A DNA stretch of 64,000 nt from Octopus vulgaris (lineage: Eukaryota). The DNA is taken from assembly GCA_951406725.2 (NCBI GenBank), contig OX597831.1, positions 3,906,001 through 3,970,000 of the forward strand. The letters are read 5' to 3'. The notes beneath the pieces are model-generated. The model was given only the letters and a program-made list of their open reading frames with translations. It was not told the DNA's origin and ran no database searches. The position numbers and the translations under genes were made by a program. Positions 13,768 through 27,580 of this stretch are shown here, one piece after another (position 1 is the first letter of the stretch; every line of letters begins with the position of its first letter).

Positions 13768-13867
13768 NNNNNNNNNNNNNNNNNNNNNNNNNNNNNNNNN
13801 NNNNNNNNNNNNNNNNNNNNNNNNNNNNNNNNNNNNNNNNNNNNNNNNNNNNNNNNNNNNNNNNNNN
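13768..13867. other. Assembly gap (100 N)
   Basis: Direct reading. Confidence 1.
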
Positions 13868-13869
13868 AA

Positions 13870-15745
13870 TAATAGAGATCAGCTGCTACTGTCAATTATT
13901 GCCATAACTGAAGACAGCTGCAGAAAGAAGAAGGGTCTATGTATGCCAAGATCAATTACCGAAAGGCTTTTGATAGTATTTCCCACACATAGATCCTAGA
14001 AGCTCTAGCCATGAACAAGGTAGCACCAATAATCATAACATATATAAAACATTTCATGAATAAATAGTAGACAGTGCTACAGCTCCAGACAAAAGAGGGA
14101 CTCATAATAACTCAAGCTTTCCCTATTAAAAGAGGCATATTCCAGGGAAACGCTCTCTCTCTACTCCTTTTCTGCTTGGCACCAACACCTTTATCTGACG
14201 TGCTAAACAGAACTGGATGTGAATACAAATGTGACGGCAAAACAATCAGCCATCTCTTGTGTATGGATGACCAAAAACAAATGATAAACAACTGGAAACA
14301 TTACTACAGACGGTACATGGATTTACCAAAGAATTAAATATGAAATTTGGCTTAGAAAAATGTACCAAAACAACCTTGAAAAGAGTAAAACTAGTTAAGT
14401 GTAGCAACATCACACTAGATAAAGCAAATGAAGTAAGAGAATTATACAAAAGCCAGGCATACAAATACTTATGAATCAATGAACTAGATACAATACAACA
14501 CACACAAATGAAAGAGAAGATAAAAAAGGAATACTATAAACGAGTCAGATTAATACTGAAAACAGAGCTCAATGCGAAAAACAAGGTAATAGGTATTAAC
14601 CCTATAGCCGTCCCAGTTATGTTACAGCTACAATATTCTTAACTGGACTCTAAATGAACTAACCAAAATAGGAAAACAAGGAAAATAACGACAAGATTTA
14701 GAATGCACCACCCAAAATCTGACGTAGAAAGGCTATATATATATATATATACACAACGTATCGAAGGTAGTAGAGGTCTTATACAGCTAGAAAACTAATA
14801 CAAATTAAGCACCATAGGACTACAGAAATACCTACTTCAGAAGTAAGAAAAACTAATACAAATAGCCACAAAATACAAACAAAACAAAAAAAAACTGTTT
14901 TCAGTCTTTGAGGAAGCTGACAAATACCAAAAGGAAGTCATAGTATCCCTAACAACTATGAAGAAAAAGAAGAAACAGCAAAAGCTGTAAAACAACTGAA
15001 ATCCAAACTGAAACTGGAACAGCAACGGATTATAATAAAACGATGGCAAGAAAAGCCCCTTTAAAGCAAATACTGGGTTAAACTAAACAGAAAAGAAATA
15101 GACAGGCGCAGGAGTGGCTGTGTGGTAAGTAGCTTGCTTACCAACCACATGGTTCCGGGTTCAGTCCCACTGCGTGGCACCTTGGGCAAGTGTCTTCTAC
15201 TATAACCTCGGGCCGACCAAAGCCTTGTGAGTGGATTTGGTAGACGGAAACTGAAAGAAGCCTGTCGTATATATGTATATATATATGTATATATGTGTGT
15301 GTGTGTGTGTGTGTGTGCGTGTGTGTCTGTGTTTGTCCCCCTAGCATTGCTTGACAACCGATGCTGGTGTGTTTACGTCCCCGTCACTTAGCGGTTCGGC
15401 AAAAGAGACCGATAGAATAAGTACTGGGCTTACAAAGAATAAGTCCCGGGGTCGAGTTGCTCGATTAAAGGCGGTGCTCCAGCATGGCCGCAGTCAAATG
15501 ACTGAAACAAGTAAAAGAGTAAAAAGAGAGAGACAAAGCCAACTCCCAACAATGGCTGAAAAGTTTAGGACTCAAAGCAGAGACTGAAGGATTTTTAATT
15601 GCAGCTCAAGATCAAAGCTTTCCCACCAGAAATCGCCAAAAATATGTAATGAAAAGAAATACAAGTAACTGTAGAATATGTGGAAATGGAAAAGAAACAA
15701 TAAATCATATTGTCTCTGGCTGCCCAGTCCTGGCAGAGAAGGAAT
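13870..15745 (+). mobile_element. R4/Dong-clade LINE remnant (RT and CCHC finger) interrupted by a SINE
   Basis: RDQLLL, KAFDSISH, IKRGIFQG.ALS.LLFCLA, ISHLLCMDD, ETEGFLIAAQDQ and CRICGNGKETINHIVSGC motifs with stops and frameshifts. Confidence 0.9.
15105..15527 (+). mobile_element. Full-length SINE family A
   Basis: A-box TGGCTGTGTGG, B-box GGTTCAGTCCC, CORE-like segment, internal SSR and tail; splits the LINE reading frame. Confidence 0.9.
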
Positions 15746-16706
15746 TTTCCCGAAATTTCATGCAGTGCTTGTTAAAATTGTTGTTTTTACGATAATTCGA
15801 TATAATCGCTATGCCTTTCTTAAAACACAGATTGATATATACTCCTGAAAGATGTGATATTTTCTCTCTCTTGTATACGATAACAATCTCTCCTAGACAA
15901 CATACGCAGAATCTTTTGCATATATATTTCCTTGCAGTTTGATAATGGCTACAAAAGGAGGTACCAAAAGTTTGGGCGAAAACGCAATGGAAAAAAAATG
16001 GGGCACAATGAGTAATATTTACTGCATTTTTTATTTTGAGTAAAAACAGAAGATTTTTGCACGTGTTTATTACCTTAAATAGTTGATCAGGTAAGCAAAC
16101 AACCTTCTCTAAATGCATTAAAAACACTATAACATATTCAGAATATTATTTTAGAAAATTATCTCCGTTCTGTTTGAGCACACGAGATAAAATTTGTGGG
16201 GCAAAATGAGTAATACAAAATAATGTAAATTTATTTCTTCAATTCTCCTGGGAAAAAAAACAGCCTCATATACATTAATCTCCATTATTAGACGTCAGAA
16301 AGACGAGAAATTCAGCAAAAATTAAGCTTATCTAAATCACATGGAAAGATCTTGCAAAAATGGTACATGATATGAAATTAATGCAACACAGCTAAATGCA
16401 AAAGCTCAACGTAAAATAATCTCGGTAGCCTCTTCAAGATTTGCTCGCCCGACTCTGTTTCAAACTCTCTCAGTTTCAACAAGAACAGCTACGGCGACCA
16501 ACTTTTATTCCCCTAAATGATGCAACAGTTGAAAAAGATGATGCAATACCTGCAATATAAATAATAATTTCAAACAGGTGTAGACAAAATAACGAGAAAC
16601 CAGAAATTTCACATTTTGCTCCGTGAGCTCGTTTTGGCACATATCATGTGGTCGCACGCGCGTGTTTGTGCGCGTATATCATTTGGGTTGACTTTATTGT
16701 GATAAA

Positions 16707-19314
16707 CACTGGACAACAAAGATTTTGCTACTGAGGTAAAAGCATGTGTTTTAGACTAAATCAAGGAGGCTGATTCCAATCCGCACCCAGAATTCTCCTA
16801 GCACGTCAGGATTTTGAGTTATGCGCATGCGCAAGATATTATAGGCGGTATTATAGGCGAGCTGGCAGAAACGTTAGCACGCCGGGCAAAATTTTTAGCG
16901 GTATTTCGTCTGCCGCTACGTTCTGAGTTCAAATTTCGCCGAGGTCGACTTTGCCTTTCATCCTTTCGGGGTCGATTAAATTAAGTACCGGTTACGCACT
17001 GGGGTCGATATAATCGGCTTAATCCGTTTGTCTGACCTTGTTTGTCCTCTCTGTGTTTAGCCCCTTGTGGGTAATAAAGAAATAGGTATTTCGTCTGCCG
17101 CTACATTCTGAGTTCAAATTCCGCCGAGGTAGACTTTGCCTTTCATCCTTTCGGGGTCAATAAATTAAGTACCAGTTACGCACTGGGGTCAATGTAATCG
17201 GCTTAATCCGTTTGTCTGACCTTGTTTGTCCTCTCTATGTTTAGCCCATTGTGGGTAGTAAAGAAATAGGTATTATAAAATTTGCTAAAATTAAAGCGGT
17301 CTTAATTCAAAATTACAGAAATAGCAGCAATAAAATAAACGATGAGAAAGTTTATTATTTAGTTTAGCAATAGATGGCGCTGATGTATTGTGTGCAATGC
17401 CAAATACGTCCGTTTGTTCTTGGTAACTCCCAGTGTCGTTTGCGCTGCCTTCACGTGTGGTATATGTATCTCTCGCTCTGCATGATTACTGTTTTAATTA
17501 AAAACTGCCTATATATATTATTTCGGGTGTAAAAATGAGGACTAAGACAAGAGGTGGGAACCTCATAAATTTTGCATCGTGTGTTACTCAGGTCTTAAAC
17601 AGTGGCTGAATGGAAAACGGAAGGGAATGCCTTTTGCTGTACCAATGGTATGGCGTGAGCCAACGAGTCATGTCTCTGATTGTTACTTTTGCACGACCAG
17701 TATTAGTCATGAAAGTCATGAATTAGTCGAAGAAGACCATAGCAAAAATTGTGTATGCGGATTGTAAGTCGGCTCTAAAACTGGTCCCATATGACTTCGA
17801 GAACCCTGTCCCAGTTCCCCTCTCAAATGCTTCACTTGACACGTTGTACGATGAACACCCTGACTCTCCTATCGACGAAGAATACGTAGTTGATTCTAAG
17901 AAAAATGAACCAGGCTGGTTTGAACGATTTAGTAAGAGACCTATCATTGTTAAAGGTGAGGGTAGAAGTTTTGGGATCCAAACTACAACAAGGGAATCTC
18001 CTACAGCAAAGTACGAAAATTTCCATTTTCCGTTCTTTTCTGTCTTTTTCAAGCAAGAAAATGATACTTGTTTCTGTACTGACGTTAATGCACTCATGCA
18101 AAAACTAGGACACGTGCATGTGGCTAACGAATGGAGATTGTTTATAGACTCGAGTAAGATTAGCGTCAAAGCTGTGTTGCCACATAATGGTCACGAAAAA
18201 CCTTACATTCTGAACGGAGTTAATTACCCAGTTCATAAGTTGAATATTTGTGGTGATTTAAAGGTGATTTCCCTCCTCCAAGGACTGAAGCTGGGATATA
18301 CCAAAAATATGTGCTTCCTGTGTGTTTGGAATAACTGTGACGACAGCAGTCATTACACTGTAAAAGACTGACCTAAAGAAATGAGCACATAGTTGGTCGG
18401 TACAATGTGCTGCATATGCCACTGGTGGACCCGAAAAAGATCTTTCTTCCAGCCCTTCACGTCAAACTCGGCCCCATGAAGAACTTCGTAAAAGCAATGA
18501 CAAACGATGATTGTGGCTTCCAGTTCCTAAAAGTAAAATTTGGTGCAGAGAAAAGTGACGCAAAACTGAAAGCAGGTATTTTCATTGGACCCGAAATCAG
18601 AGAATTGATATCTGATAGCAAATTAATGGGTAAACTGAATCCAGTTGAGCTGACGGCATGGGATTCATTCGTATTAGTTGTACAGAACCTTCTTGGAAAT
18701 CATGGGGCTGAAAACTATGCTGATTTAATAAACAACATGCTAGCAGCGTATGAAAGAATGGGATGCCGAACGTCCCTTAAAATGCACTTCTTGCATTCCC
18801 ATCTCGATTTTTTCCCCAAGGAAACTTGGTACCGTTAGTGATGAGCTTGGTGAGAAGTTCCACTAGGACATATCTGAGACGGAAACGAGATATCAAGGCC
18901 GGTTCAATCCACTCATGATGGGTGACTACTGCTGGTTCCTACAACGGGAGACCAGCACGACGCATAAGTACATGAGCAAGTGCCTCAAACATTTCTGAGC
19001 TGAGCAGATCAAAAATAAAGTGAGTATTCCCATAACATAAATACACTATGCACCATTATATTATAATACTATTTGCCTTGAACATAAATTTTCTATATAC
19101 AGTATTAATATACTATTATAATAATTATTTACCTTGAACTTAACTATTCCTGATTCTAATATAGTATTAATATATGATTATGCGCATAACTTAAAATCCT
19201 GACGTGCCAAAACAATTCTGAGTTCAGATTCAGAATCAGCGTATTCGATTTAGTTTAGTAGAATACCATTTGTCTGGGTAGCAGACAATAAATCATTTTT
19301 TTTGTTACCCAGTT
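16707..19314 (+). mobile_element. Near-full-length decayed DNA transposon, Chapaev3-type (CMC)
   Basis: Imperfect ~130-bp TIRs (CACTGGACAACAAA...GCACGTCAGGATTTTGAGTTATGCGCAT / ATGCGCATAACTTAAAATCCTGACGTGC...TTTGTTACCCAGT); transposase motifs PMVWREP..H.SDCYFC, LNDLVRDL, EWRLFIDSSK, ICGDLKV, LHVKLG.MKNFVKA and HFLHSHLDFFP across frameshifts; superfamily assigned from recalled motifs. Confidence 0.8.
16856..17270 (+). mobile_element. SINE family B dimer inserted in the Chapaev3-type element
   Basis: Head plus two body-tail units joined at GAAATA|GGTATTTCGTC; GGTATTATA on both flanks. Confidence 0.9.
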
Positions 19315-19446
19315 TATAATTTACGCGGCTTCATACCAGTAAAAAAACTAGCTTTTCCTGACTCAATTTACGCGGATAATATAACAAAGGTTCGGAGTAG
19401 TTTGTTACACATACACACACACGCACACACACACACACATACACAC

Positions 19447-19538
<92 letters not shown>

Positions 19539-20133
19539 ACACACACACACTCACACACACACACACACGTCTACCTGACGCTTGTCTAACACTCCTTTGA
19601 TAAGTGTTATACGCTAAACGAAGCGTAAATGTAAATACGGCAGCGTTGCTCAACCTAATATATGACGTACAGCGATTATTGCCAAAGATTGCTCGCAATG
19701 CAACCATATTGAATCCGCTACTCTAGGAACGACTAATGCTCATACATAGACACACAAACTCTAGATTATTTCTATACATAATACGACTGCAAGCTGACTT
19801 AATCTTTGTTTCTGAGTGCATATTATTAGATTTGAAAACAAATTACGAAATGATTATATCAAGAAACTGCAAGTACAATTATTATATATAATATTTACCA
19901 TCTTTGCTTTGTGTGAGCTGATCTCACCTCGCGCATACACACTCCCGTGCACCTATACTAACACGTACATACATACATATATGTATACATATGCGCTCAA
20001 AATTTCGCATGTATAGAATATACGCCTGTGGTTTATACCCGTATCTGTATGTGTTTATATGTATGTAAATTATATATATATAAACACACGCGCGCTCGCA
20101 CACACTCTCACACACACACATATGCATATATAA

Positions 20134-20164
<31 letters not shown>

Positions 20165-20516
20165 TGCATATATATATACACACACACACACACGTATATG
20201 TATAGATAGAAATATAGATATATTTATTTCACAGTGAACTTATCGGCATATATATACATCCAACCATATATACATACATGAATGCATACATATATTCATT
20301 TATACATACATACATACATACATACATACATACATACATACATACATACATACATACATACACACACACATCCATACATATTACATACATACAAACGTAC
20401 ATACATACATACATACATGCATATATACGTACGTACGAACATACGTACATACATATAGATATATACATGTGTACATGTATGCATGTAAGCGTGTTTCTGT
20501 TTGTGTGTGTGTGTGA

Positions 20517-20547
<31 letters not shown>

Positions 20548-21243
20548 TGTGTGTGTGTGTGTGTATGTGTGCGTTTATGTTGGTATATGTGTTCGTGTAT
20601 TCCATTTATCTCGCAATCTTTTTCTTCACACCTAGTGCACGTAGTACTAACCTTATTACCCCCTACAAGTACGCAACGTGCCAACAGGTTAATAATTAAT
20701 ATATAAGGGCTAATCACAGCACACGTGTGAGTTGTTATCTTTAGTTGGGGTTGAAATAACAAAAGGGATCAAATACTTCACATAGTTTTGTTGTAGCTAT
20801 ATTACGTGTTGTAGCTATGTTTTGAAATATGAGAGTGGAGACAAATGCATTATATCTCCCTATATCTCGTCCTGCCTTCTTAGTGCTCAGTCGGTCCCCT
20901 ATTTTAAATGGGGTCCCTCTATGATGTTGTTCAACATGTCGGAAATAGCTGCCAAATTTTCATTAAATTTAGAGCCGGTGTCTTAAGAAAAGGAGAAACG
21001 ATACATTGGTTAGTGTACTCCTAGGTATACGTAGGCTGGAACAGACAAAGAGCGGATTGCTATAACAAGGAAGTCTTTAGATGATTAAGTCCGAGGGATC
21101 GGAGGTAGACAATAACAAGACAACTAATCAACAGCAGCGGCCGCAGCAGCAGCAGTAACAACAACAGCAGCAACAACCATAAGAGCAACAACTATTGATA
21201 ACAACAACAGCAGCAGCAGCAGCAGCAACAACAACAGCAACAG

Positions 21244-21690
21244 TGGAGACGCAATGGCCCAGTGGTTAGGGCAGCGGACTCGCGTTCGAAAATACGCAGT
21301 TTCGATTCCCAGACTGGGCATTGTGAGTGTTTATTGAACAAAAACATCTAAGCTCCACGAGGCTCCGGCGGAGAGGGGGGGATCGTGAACCCCGCTGTAC
21401 TCTTTCTTCCTACTTCTGCCACAAAGCAGAGGAACCATGGTGTAACCCACTATGGTGTGGTAAACTTTCAGACCCTAGTCTAGATTGCGAATCCTCTGTA
21501 CCCCAGGATGGTTCAGCTCTCCACCCGTTAAAAGCTACCGTTTACGGAATGAGGATAACAACGTAGCTTTCGCGCCCGTGCAACTGCCAGTTTATCGCGT
21601 GTGGTGGTTGGATCTTCAAGTTGGTACACGCATTCTTAGCAGCTTAGAGTAGGCTCGAATTAGGGATTATTCTTTGTGGCTAATGGCGTG
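21244..21690 (+). mobile_element. SINE family C head with a distinct putative tail ending in (AGA)n
   Basis: Head homologous to the other C copies until about 21410; unique sequence then runs into the (AAG)n tract; tail membership is inferred. Confidence 0.6.
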
Positions 21691-21910
21691 AGAAGAAGAA
21701 GAATAGGAAGAAGAAGAAGAAGAAAAAGTAGAAGAAGAAGAAGAAGAAGAAGAAGAGGAATAGGAAGAAGAAGAAGAAGAAGGAGGAGGAGGAGGAGAAG
21801 AAGAAAAGGAGAAGAAGAAGAAGAAGAAGAAGGAGGAGGAGGAGGAGGAGGAGAAGATGAAAAGAAGAAGAAGAAGAAGAAGAAGAAGAAGAAGAAGAAG
21901 AAGAAGAAAA
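21690..21910. repeat. (AAG)n/(AGG)n microsatellite
   Basis: Direct reading. Confidence 0.95.
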
Positions 21911-22305
21911 CAACAGCAACAACGACAGCTACAACAAAAATAACGACGTCGGCAACAATAACAGTAACAACGACGATAACAAGAACAAGAACAACCACAA
22001 CAACAGTAATAACAACAACGTTAACAACGACAACCGCAACATCACAGGAGCCTCTAGAAATTGTAGAAATAGCAGCCTTAAGTCAGACCCTCTTGTTTAT
22101 TGAATAGGAAGGACACACTGGAAGAAAATGTATCTTAGATGAACAATGATAAAAAAACGGGAAAGCGTCGTTTGGAATACCTCCGGCCATATTTGTTTCG
22201 TCAGAGATAACCAAGAGATAAGCCAGTGATTTTCAAACGGGTTAATGCCCAGTCTTACCCAACAAATGGTTACTGAAAATGTGTTGCTTCCTTCTTAGTA
22301 ATGAG

Positions 22306-22626
22306 CAGGGCCGGCCCTAGCTGGGGTCCGGGGCAAGCTGAACTTCGGTGTGTACAATGGGGTCGATGTAATCGACTTAATCCGTTTGTCTGTCCTTGTT
22401 TGTCCCCTCTGGGGTTGATACAATCGACTTAATCCCTATGTTTGTCCTCTCTGTGTTTAGCCCCTTGTGGGTAGTAAAGAAATAGAAATAGGTCGTGGAA
22501 AATTCCTTGTCTTTGTCACACTCTCCTTAGCGCCCCTAGCCCTTGGTGCCCCCTAGCCCATTGTGCACCTTAGCCCATGGTGCCCCTGGCGACTGTCCAA
22601 GCTGCCGGTACCTTGAGCTCGCCCTG
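22306..22626. mobile_element. hAT (Tip100-like) MITE with an internal SINE B fragment
   Basis: Termini CAGGGCCGGCCCT / GAGCTCGCCCTG; 8-bp TSD GTAATGAG / CTAATGAG; subterminal GCCCC repeats. Confidence 0.7.
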
Positions 22627-22739
22627 CTAATGAGATGAAGAAATAGAATATATATATCGATATAATTCCCCTTTCTTCGCTATGGTGTTGGATAAGTTTA
22701 AAAAATCGGAAATCACTTTTATTCTATTAAATGTAGCGA

Positions 22740-22957
22740 GGTGGTGAGTTGGCAGAGTTGTTAGCACACTGGACAGAATGCCTAGCAGAATTTTGTCTAT
22801 CTTTACATTCTGGGTTCGAATTCCATCGAGGCCGACTTTACCTTTCATCCTTTCCAGGTCGATAAAATAAGTATCTGCCATGCAGTGGGGTTGATGTAAT
22901 CGACTTAGCCCCTCCCACACGCCGCAACTGCTAGCCTTGTGACAAAATTTGAAACCT
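22740..22957 (+). mobile_element. SINE family B, older copy with tail 2
   Basis: Diverged head, central domain and GCCTTGTGACAAAATTTGAAACC tail. Confidence 0.75.
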
Positions 22958-23246
22958 ATTTTATTAAATACTAGCAGAGATACTCGGCCTTAATCGGGAT
23001 TAAATTAGCATAGTTTTTTTTATTGTTTTACTTGTTTCAATCATGCGACTGCGGCCATGCTGGCGCACCGGCGTTGGTCCAATCCAACAAACCAACCACA
23101 GGAATTATTCTTTGTAAGCCTAGTACTTATTCTATGAGTGTCTTTCACCGTACCGCTAAGTTATAGGAATGTAAACACAGCAACGTAGATTGTCAAGCAA
23201 CGGTGGGGGTACAAACACACAAGCACACACATGTACAAACAATATA

Positions 23247-23630
23247 TGGAAGCACTCCGTTGGTTACGACGATGAGGGTTCCGGTTGATCCGAATCAACG
23301 GAACAGCCTGCTCGTGAAATTAACGTGTAAGTGGCTGAGCACTCCACAGACACGTATACCCTTAACGTAGTTCTCGGGGATATTCAGGGTGACACAGAGA
23401 GTGACAAGGCCGGCCCTTTGAAATACAGGTACAACAGAAACAGGAAGTAAGAGTGAGAGAAAGTTGTGGTGAAAGAGTACAGCAGGGATCACCACCATCC
23501 CCTGCCGGAGCCTCGTGGAGCTTTAGGTGTTTTCGCTCAATAAACACTCACAACGCCCGGTCTGGGAATCGAAACCGCGATCCTATGACCGCGAGTCCGC
23601 TGCCCTAACCACTGGGCCTTTGCGCCTCCA
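23247..23630 (-). mobile_element. Full-length SINE family C, tail type 3
   Basis: Reverse complement of 23811-24200; TSD ACAAACAATA at 23235-23244 and 23632-23641. Confidence 0.9.
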
Positions 23631-23810
23631 CACAAACAATAATAGAGAGAGAATAGAGTGATGAGCGTCATATCAACGTGGAGATTAATCAGACAGTAAA
23701 CACTCTCATTTTCCGTCCGTAGACAGATAGACAGCTTATAGCTATTTATATCAAATACAAATCCCGATTCAGTTATAAAACCCACTTTATTATATCATAT
23801 AGTTTAGGGA

Positions 23811-24200
23811 GTGGAGGCGCAATGGTTCAGTGGTTAGGGCAGCGGACTCGCGGTCATAGGATCGCGGTTTCGATTCCCAGACCGGGCGTTGTGAGTGTTT
23901 ATTGAGCGAAAACACCTAAAAGCTCCACGCGGCTCCGGCAGGGGATGGTGGTGATCCCTGCTGTACCCTTTCACCACAGCTTTCTCTCACTCTTACTTCC
24001 TGTTTCTGTTGTACCTGTATTTCAAAGGGCCGGCCTTGTCACTCTATGTGTCACGCTGAATATCCCCAAGAACTACGTTAAGGGTACACGTGTCTGTGGA
24101 GTGCTCAGCCACTTACACGTTAATTTCACGTGCAGGCTGTTCCGTTGATTCGGATCAACCGGAACCCTCGTCGTCGTAACCGACGGAGTGCTTCCATCCC
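23811..24200 (+). mobile_element. Full-length SINE family C, tail type 3
   Basis: A/B boxes; 10-bp TSD AGTTTAGGGA at 23801-23810 and 24201-24210. Confidence 0.9.
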
Positions 24201-24719
24201 AGTTTAGGGAATAAAAATTTCCTTCTCCAATAACAATTTTGTGATCCGGTTTCGATTCCTGGTTACAACATGCTTTTGAAGGCAAGCTATAAATGTTATT
24301 TCATCTCATGTCGAACAGGAAACACTCTAGTGTATTGCTTTCTCCAAAAGCTTGCAGATATTTCCTCAGTAGTGTCCTTAGGGCTTGTCAAATATTTCAC
24401 GAGAGACTTGATTAAGTATTCCGGTTTTGGCTTTTCTCCACCTTCTTTAATCCGTTCATTTCTTGCTTTTTATTTTTTTTTTTAGTTTTCTTTTATGTTT
24501 TAACCCTTACACTTCTCGTACATTTTAGTTTAGTGTCTCTTTGATCTTTCAAGTCTTTCACTTTTAATTCCACTGCAGGCCTCTTGAAATCTCTCCAAAA
24601 GTTTGTGAGGGAATATCAGTGGCAGATCACAGACAAAATTTGGCTCCAATAATTAAGTTATTATCGAGTGAATCCGTCATCGTCATTGTCATCGCCGTCA
24701 TCATTGTCGTGGTCGTCGT

Positions 24720-24856
24720 CACCACCACCACCACCACCACCACCACCACCACCACCACAACCACAACCACCACCACCACCACCACCCCCACCACCACCAC
24801 TACAACCACCACCACCACCACCACCACCACCACCACCACCACCACCACCACCACCA
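24720..24856. repeat. (ACC)n microsatellite
   Basis: Direct reading. Confidence 0.95.
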
Positions 24857-25186
24857 CTTCCATCAATGGAAAAGAGTGACAAATGAAACATAAAAAATAT
24901 TTAATTTATTTATTAGTTTATTTATTCATTTGAATCACGAAAATTACATTAAAAGGTATTTCGTTGTGATTGATGTTATGTTCTAAGTAAGATAGGTCAC
25001 AAGTTCAATAAACCTTACTTAAATACACCTGTACACCTCCTTATAGTATAAGGTTATCGTTTACAATGTAGAACGGAGGAACATACCGAAAAACAGTTTC
25101 GTATACAAGTGGATGAAACCGTCTCTCGAGTATAAAACTACCTCAAAAGCGCTCAGAATAAAATTAACTTCCTTGAGACTCACTTA

Positions 25187-26442
25187 CAAGGGGTGTTCAT
25201 TAAAGGTTTCCTCTGACCCACTTCCGGTTATTGCAGGAGACGAAACTTGTACAGGTATAATCATACATGTCTCTGCATGGCACATTGTAAATTGCAGCTT
25301 TCCTATAGTATTCGTTTGTCTTTTATGGTTGCTGAAGTGGACTAAGGTGCTATAATGGAGGCAGTTGAATGCAGATCAGTGAACAGGTTATTATACTTGA
25401 ATCGTCATACACCAAATGAGACTTTCGATGAGATGGAAGACGTTTATGGCGACGATGCACCAATATACGACGTAATCAAGTACTAGCATCGCCAGTTCAA
25501 ATATGGTCAGGCATCGATGGAAACTACTACTATTCCTGGACGACTACATTCCGCCATTCATGTCAACAACATTCATAAAGTGGAAGCCACCATTTTGGAG
25601 GATCGCCGCGTAACTATTCGGTAACCAGTCCAAGAAGTGCAGATAGGTGTAGGGTTCGTGGAAAAAATCCTTCACGACCATTTGCACATGTGAAATTTGT
25701 CTGCATGATGTATGTTTTGGATGCTCACGCCTATTCAGAAGCCGGAATGAATGACTTTCTTTCGGGTTCTTTTGGCAATGTGCCAAGAAAACGAGGAAGA
25801 CTTTTTAGGCAGACTTATGACACATGATGAAACATGGTCCATCACTGTGATCCTAAGACTAAAGTCCAGTCGAAGCAATGGAAGTATGATAACACACCAC
25901 CTCCAAAGAATTGCTTGTGTCCAACTCTCAGCAGGCAAGGTGATGCTCACAGTCTTTTGGAACCAGCGCGGAGTAGTGATGGATTTTCTGGCAAAGGGCA
26001 TCACAGTTAACGGGGAATGTTATGTTTCCCTGCAGCAGAAATCTTTTGGACAGAGAGACGTGACGTGCTGACCAAAGGAGGCTGCCTCCTCCAAGACAAT
26101 GCCCCAGTTCACAATGCGAATGTTGCCCAGTTGAAAGCATACTCCTGCGGCTAGGAAATCTTTCCTCATCTCCCTTACTCTTCCGACCTGATTTCCACCT
26201 CTTTCCAACCATGAAGTCTTCTTTGAAGGGGAAGCACTTTTCGGATGATGAGGTAAAATCTTGGCTCCAGACGGAACCTAATGACTTCTTCAGACGAAGT
26301 CGTCACAGCCGCATAAAGCGATGGAAGAAATATGTCACCATTGGTGTTCGCTATGCAGAGAAAGACCAATAATTATGCCAAGTTTCGTTTATCCCAGTCC
26401 TTTGGAATTGGGTCAGGGGAAAACTTCAATGAATTCCCCAGG
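25187..26442 (+). mobile_element. Full-length decayed mariner
   Basis: TA TSDs; 34-bp imperfect TIRs CAAGGGGTGTTCATTAAAGGTTTCCTCTGACCCA / TGGGTCAGGGGAAAACTTCAATGAATTCCCCAGG; THDETW, SAGKVMLTVFW and LQDNAPVH motifs with stops. Confidence 0.92.
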
Positions 26443-26599
26443 TACTTGGCAAAAGGGCATTTACGTACCCCATACAGTAGCATAGCTGAGTGGAAAGCGG
26501 GGGCTTAGTCCACTCCGTCGACGCCGTTTTTGGTCTGCTGTGTAAATCTGTAGAGGCTAAACTGAAATACAATCCTTTTGATATCAGGAAACTACCCAA

Positions 26600-26646
26600 A
26601 CCCTTGTGAGTGGATTTGGTAGACGGAAGCTGAAAGAAGCCCGTCG

Positions 26647-26677
<31 letters not shown>

Positions 26678-26690
26678 GTATATATATATA

Positions 26691-26759
<69 letters not shown>

Positions 26760-26775
26760 ATATGTTTGTGTGTGT

Positions 26776-26807
<32 letters not shown>

Positions 26808-26973
26808 CCCAACAACGCTTGACATCAATGCTGGTGTGTTTACGTCCCCGTAACTTACCGGTTCGCCATAAGAGACCGACAGAATAAGTACTAGACTTAC
26901 ATAGAATAAGTCCTGGATTCGATTTGCTCGTCTAAAGGCTGTGCTCTAGCATGGACGCAGTCAAAATGACTGC
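26600..26973 (+). mobile_element. SINE family A, 5'-truncated
   Basis: Matches 15225-15505 with an expanded internal SSR. Confidence 0.8.
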
Positions 26974-26975
26974 TG

Positions 26976-27033
<58 letters not shown>

Positions 27034-27580
27034 GGCATATATATATGTTTATATATATATATATATACGCATGTATATATGTTTATTCATACAATTATAT
27101 ATAAAAATATATATAAAAATAGATCTTTTTTTTGTTTTTTAGGCTTTAATGATAAATATATAACTTTACTTTTCTTAATTCAATGATATTTACTAGTTAC
27201 ATTTCAGTTCTGTTACTAAAATTCCCCTCCCTTTGTTTGAAAACTGTCTTATTATTTTCTATTGATGTTATTATTATTGTCTTTCGTAACTCTTAATGTT
27301 CTATATTTTTAATATTGGCTTTGCGACCTTCAAACGTTCAGTGGAAACTTTTTCTCTCATCCGATGAGCTAATTTAATATCCGTATTGATTTGAAAAACT
27401 GCTTACAGTATCACAGACATATAAGTAATTTATTTATTATAAGACGTAATAGAATATATTATCTCAGCATGTTTTAAGTTGCGAAACAACTGTTGTAAGA
27501 TAAAAAAAATTCTAATGGCAAAATAAATTTTATTATTCTATATTTCTTCATACACATTTTAGCTATGTGCGTGTGCGCGC

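Noticed and set aside
15745-16700. Possible pogo-like non-autonomous element (repeated GGGGCAMAATGAGTAATA)
   Set aside because: Subterminal-like repeats are present but no paired TIRs or TSD could be defined.
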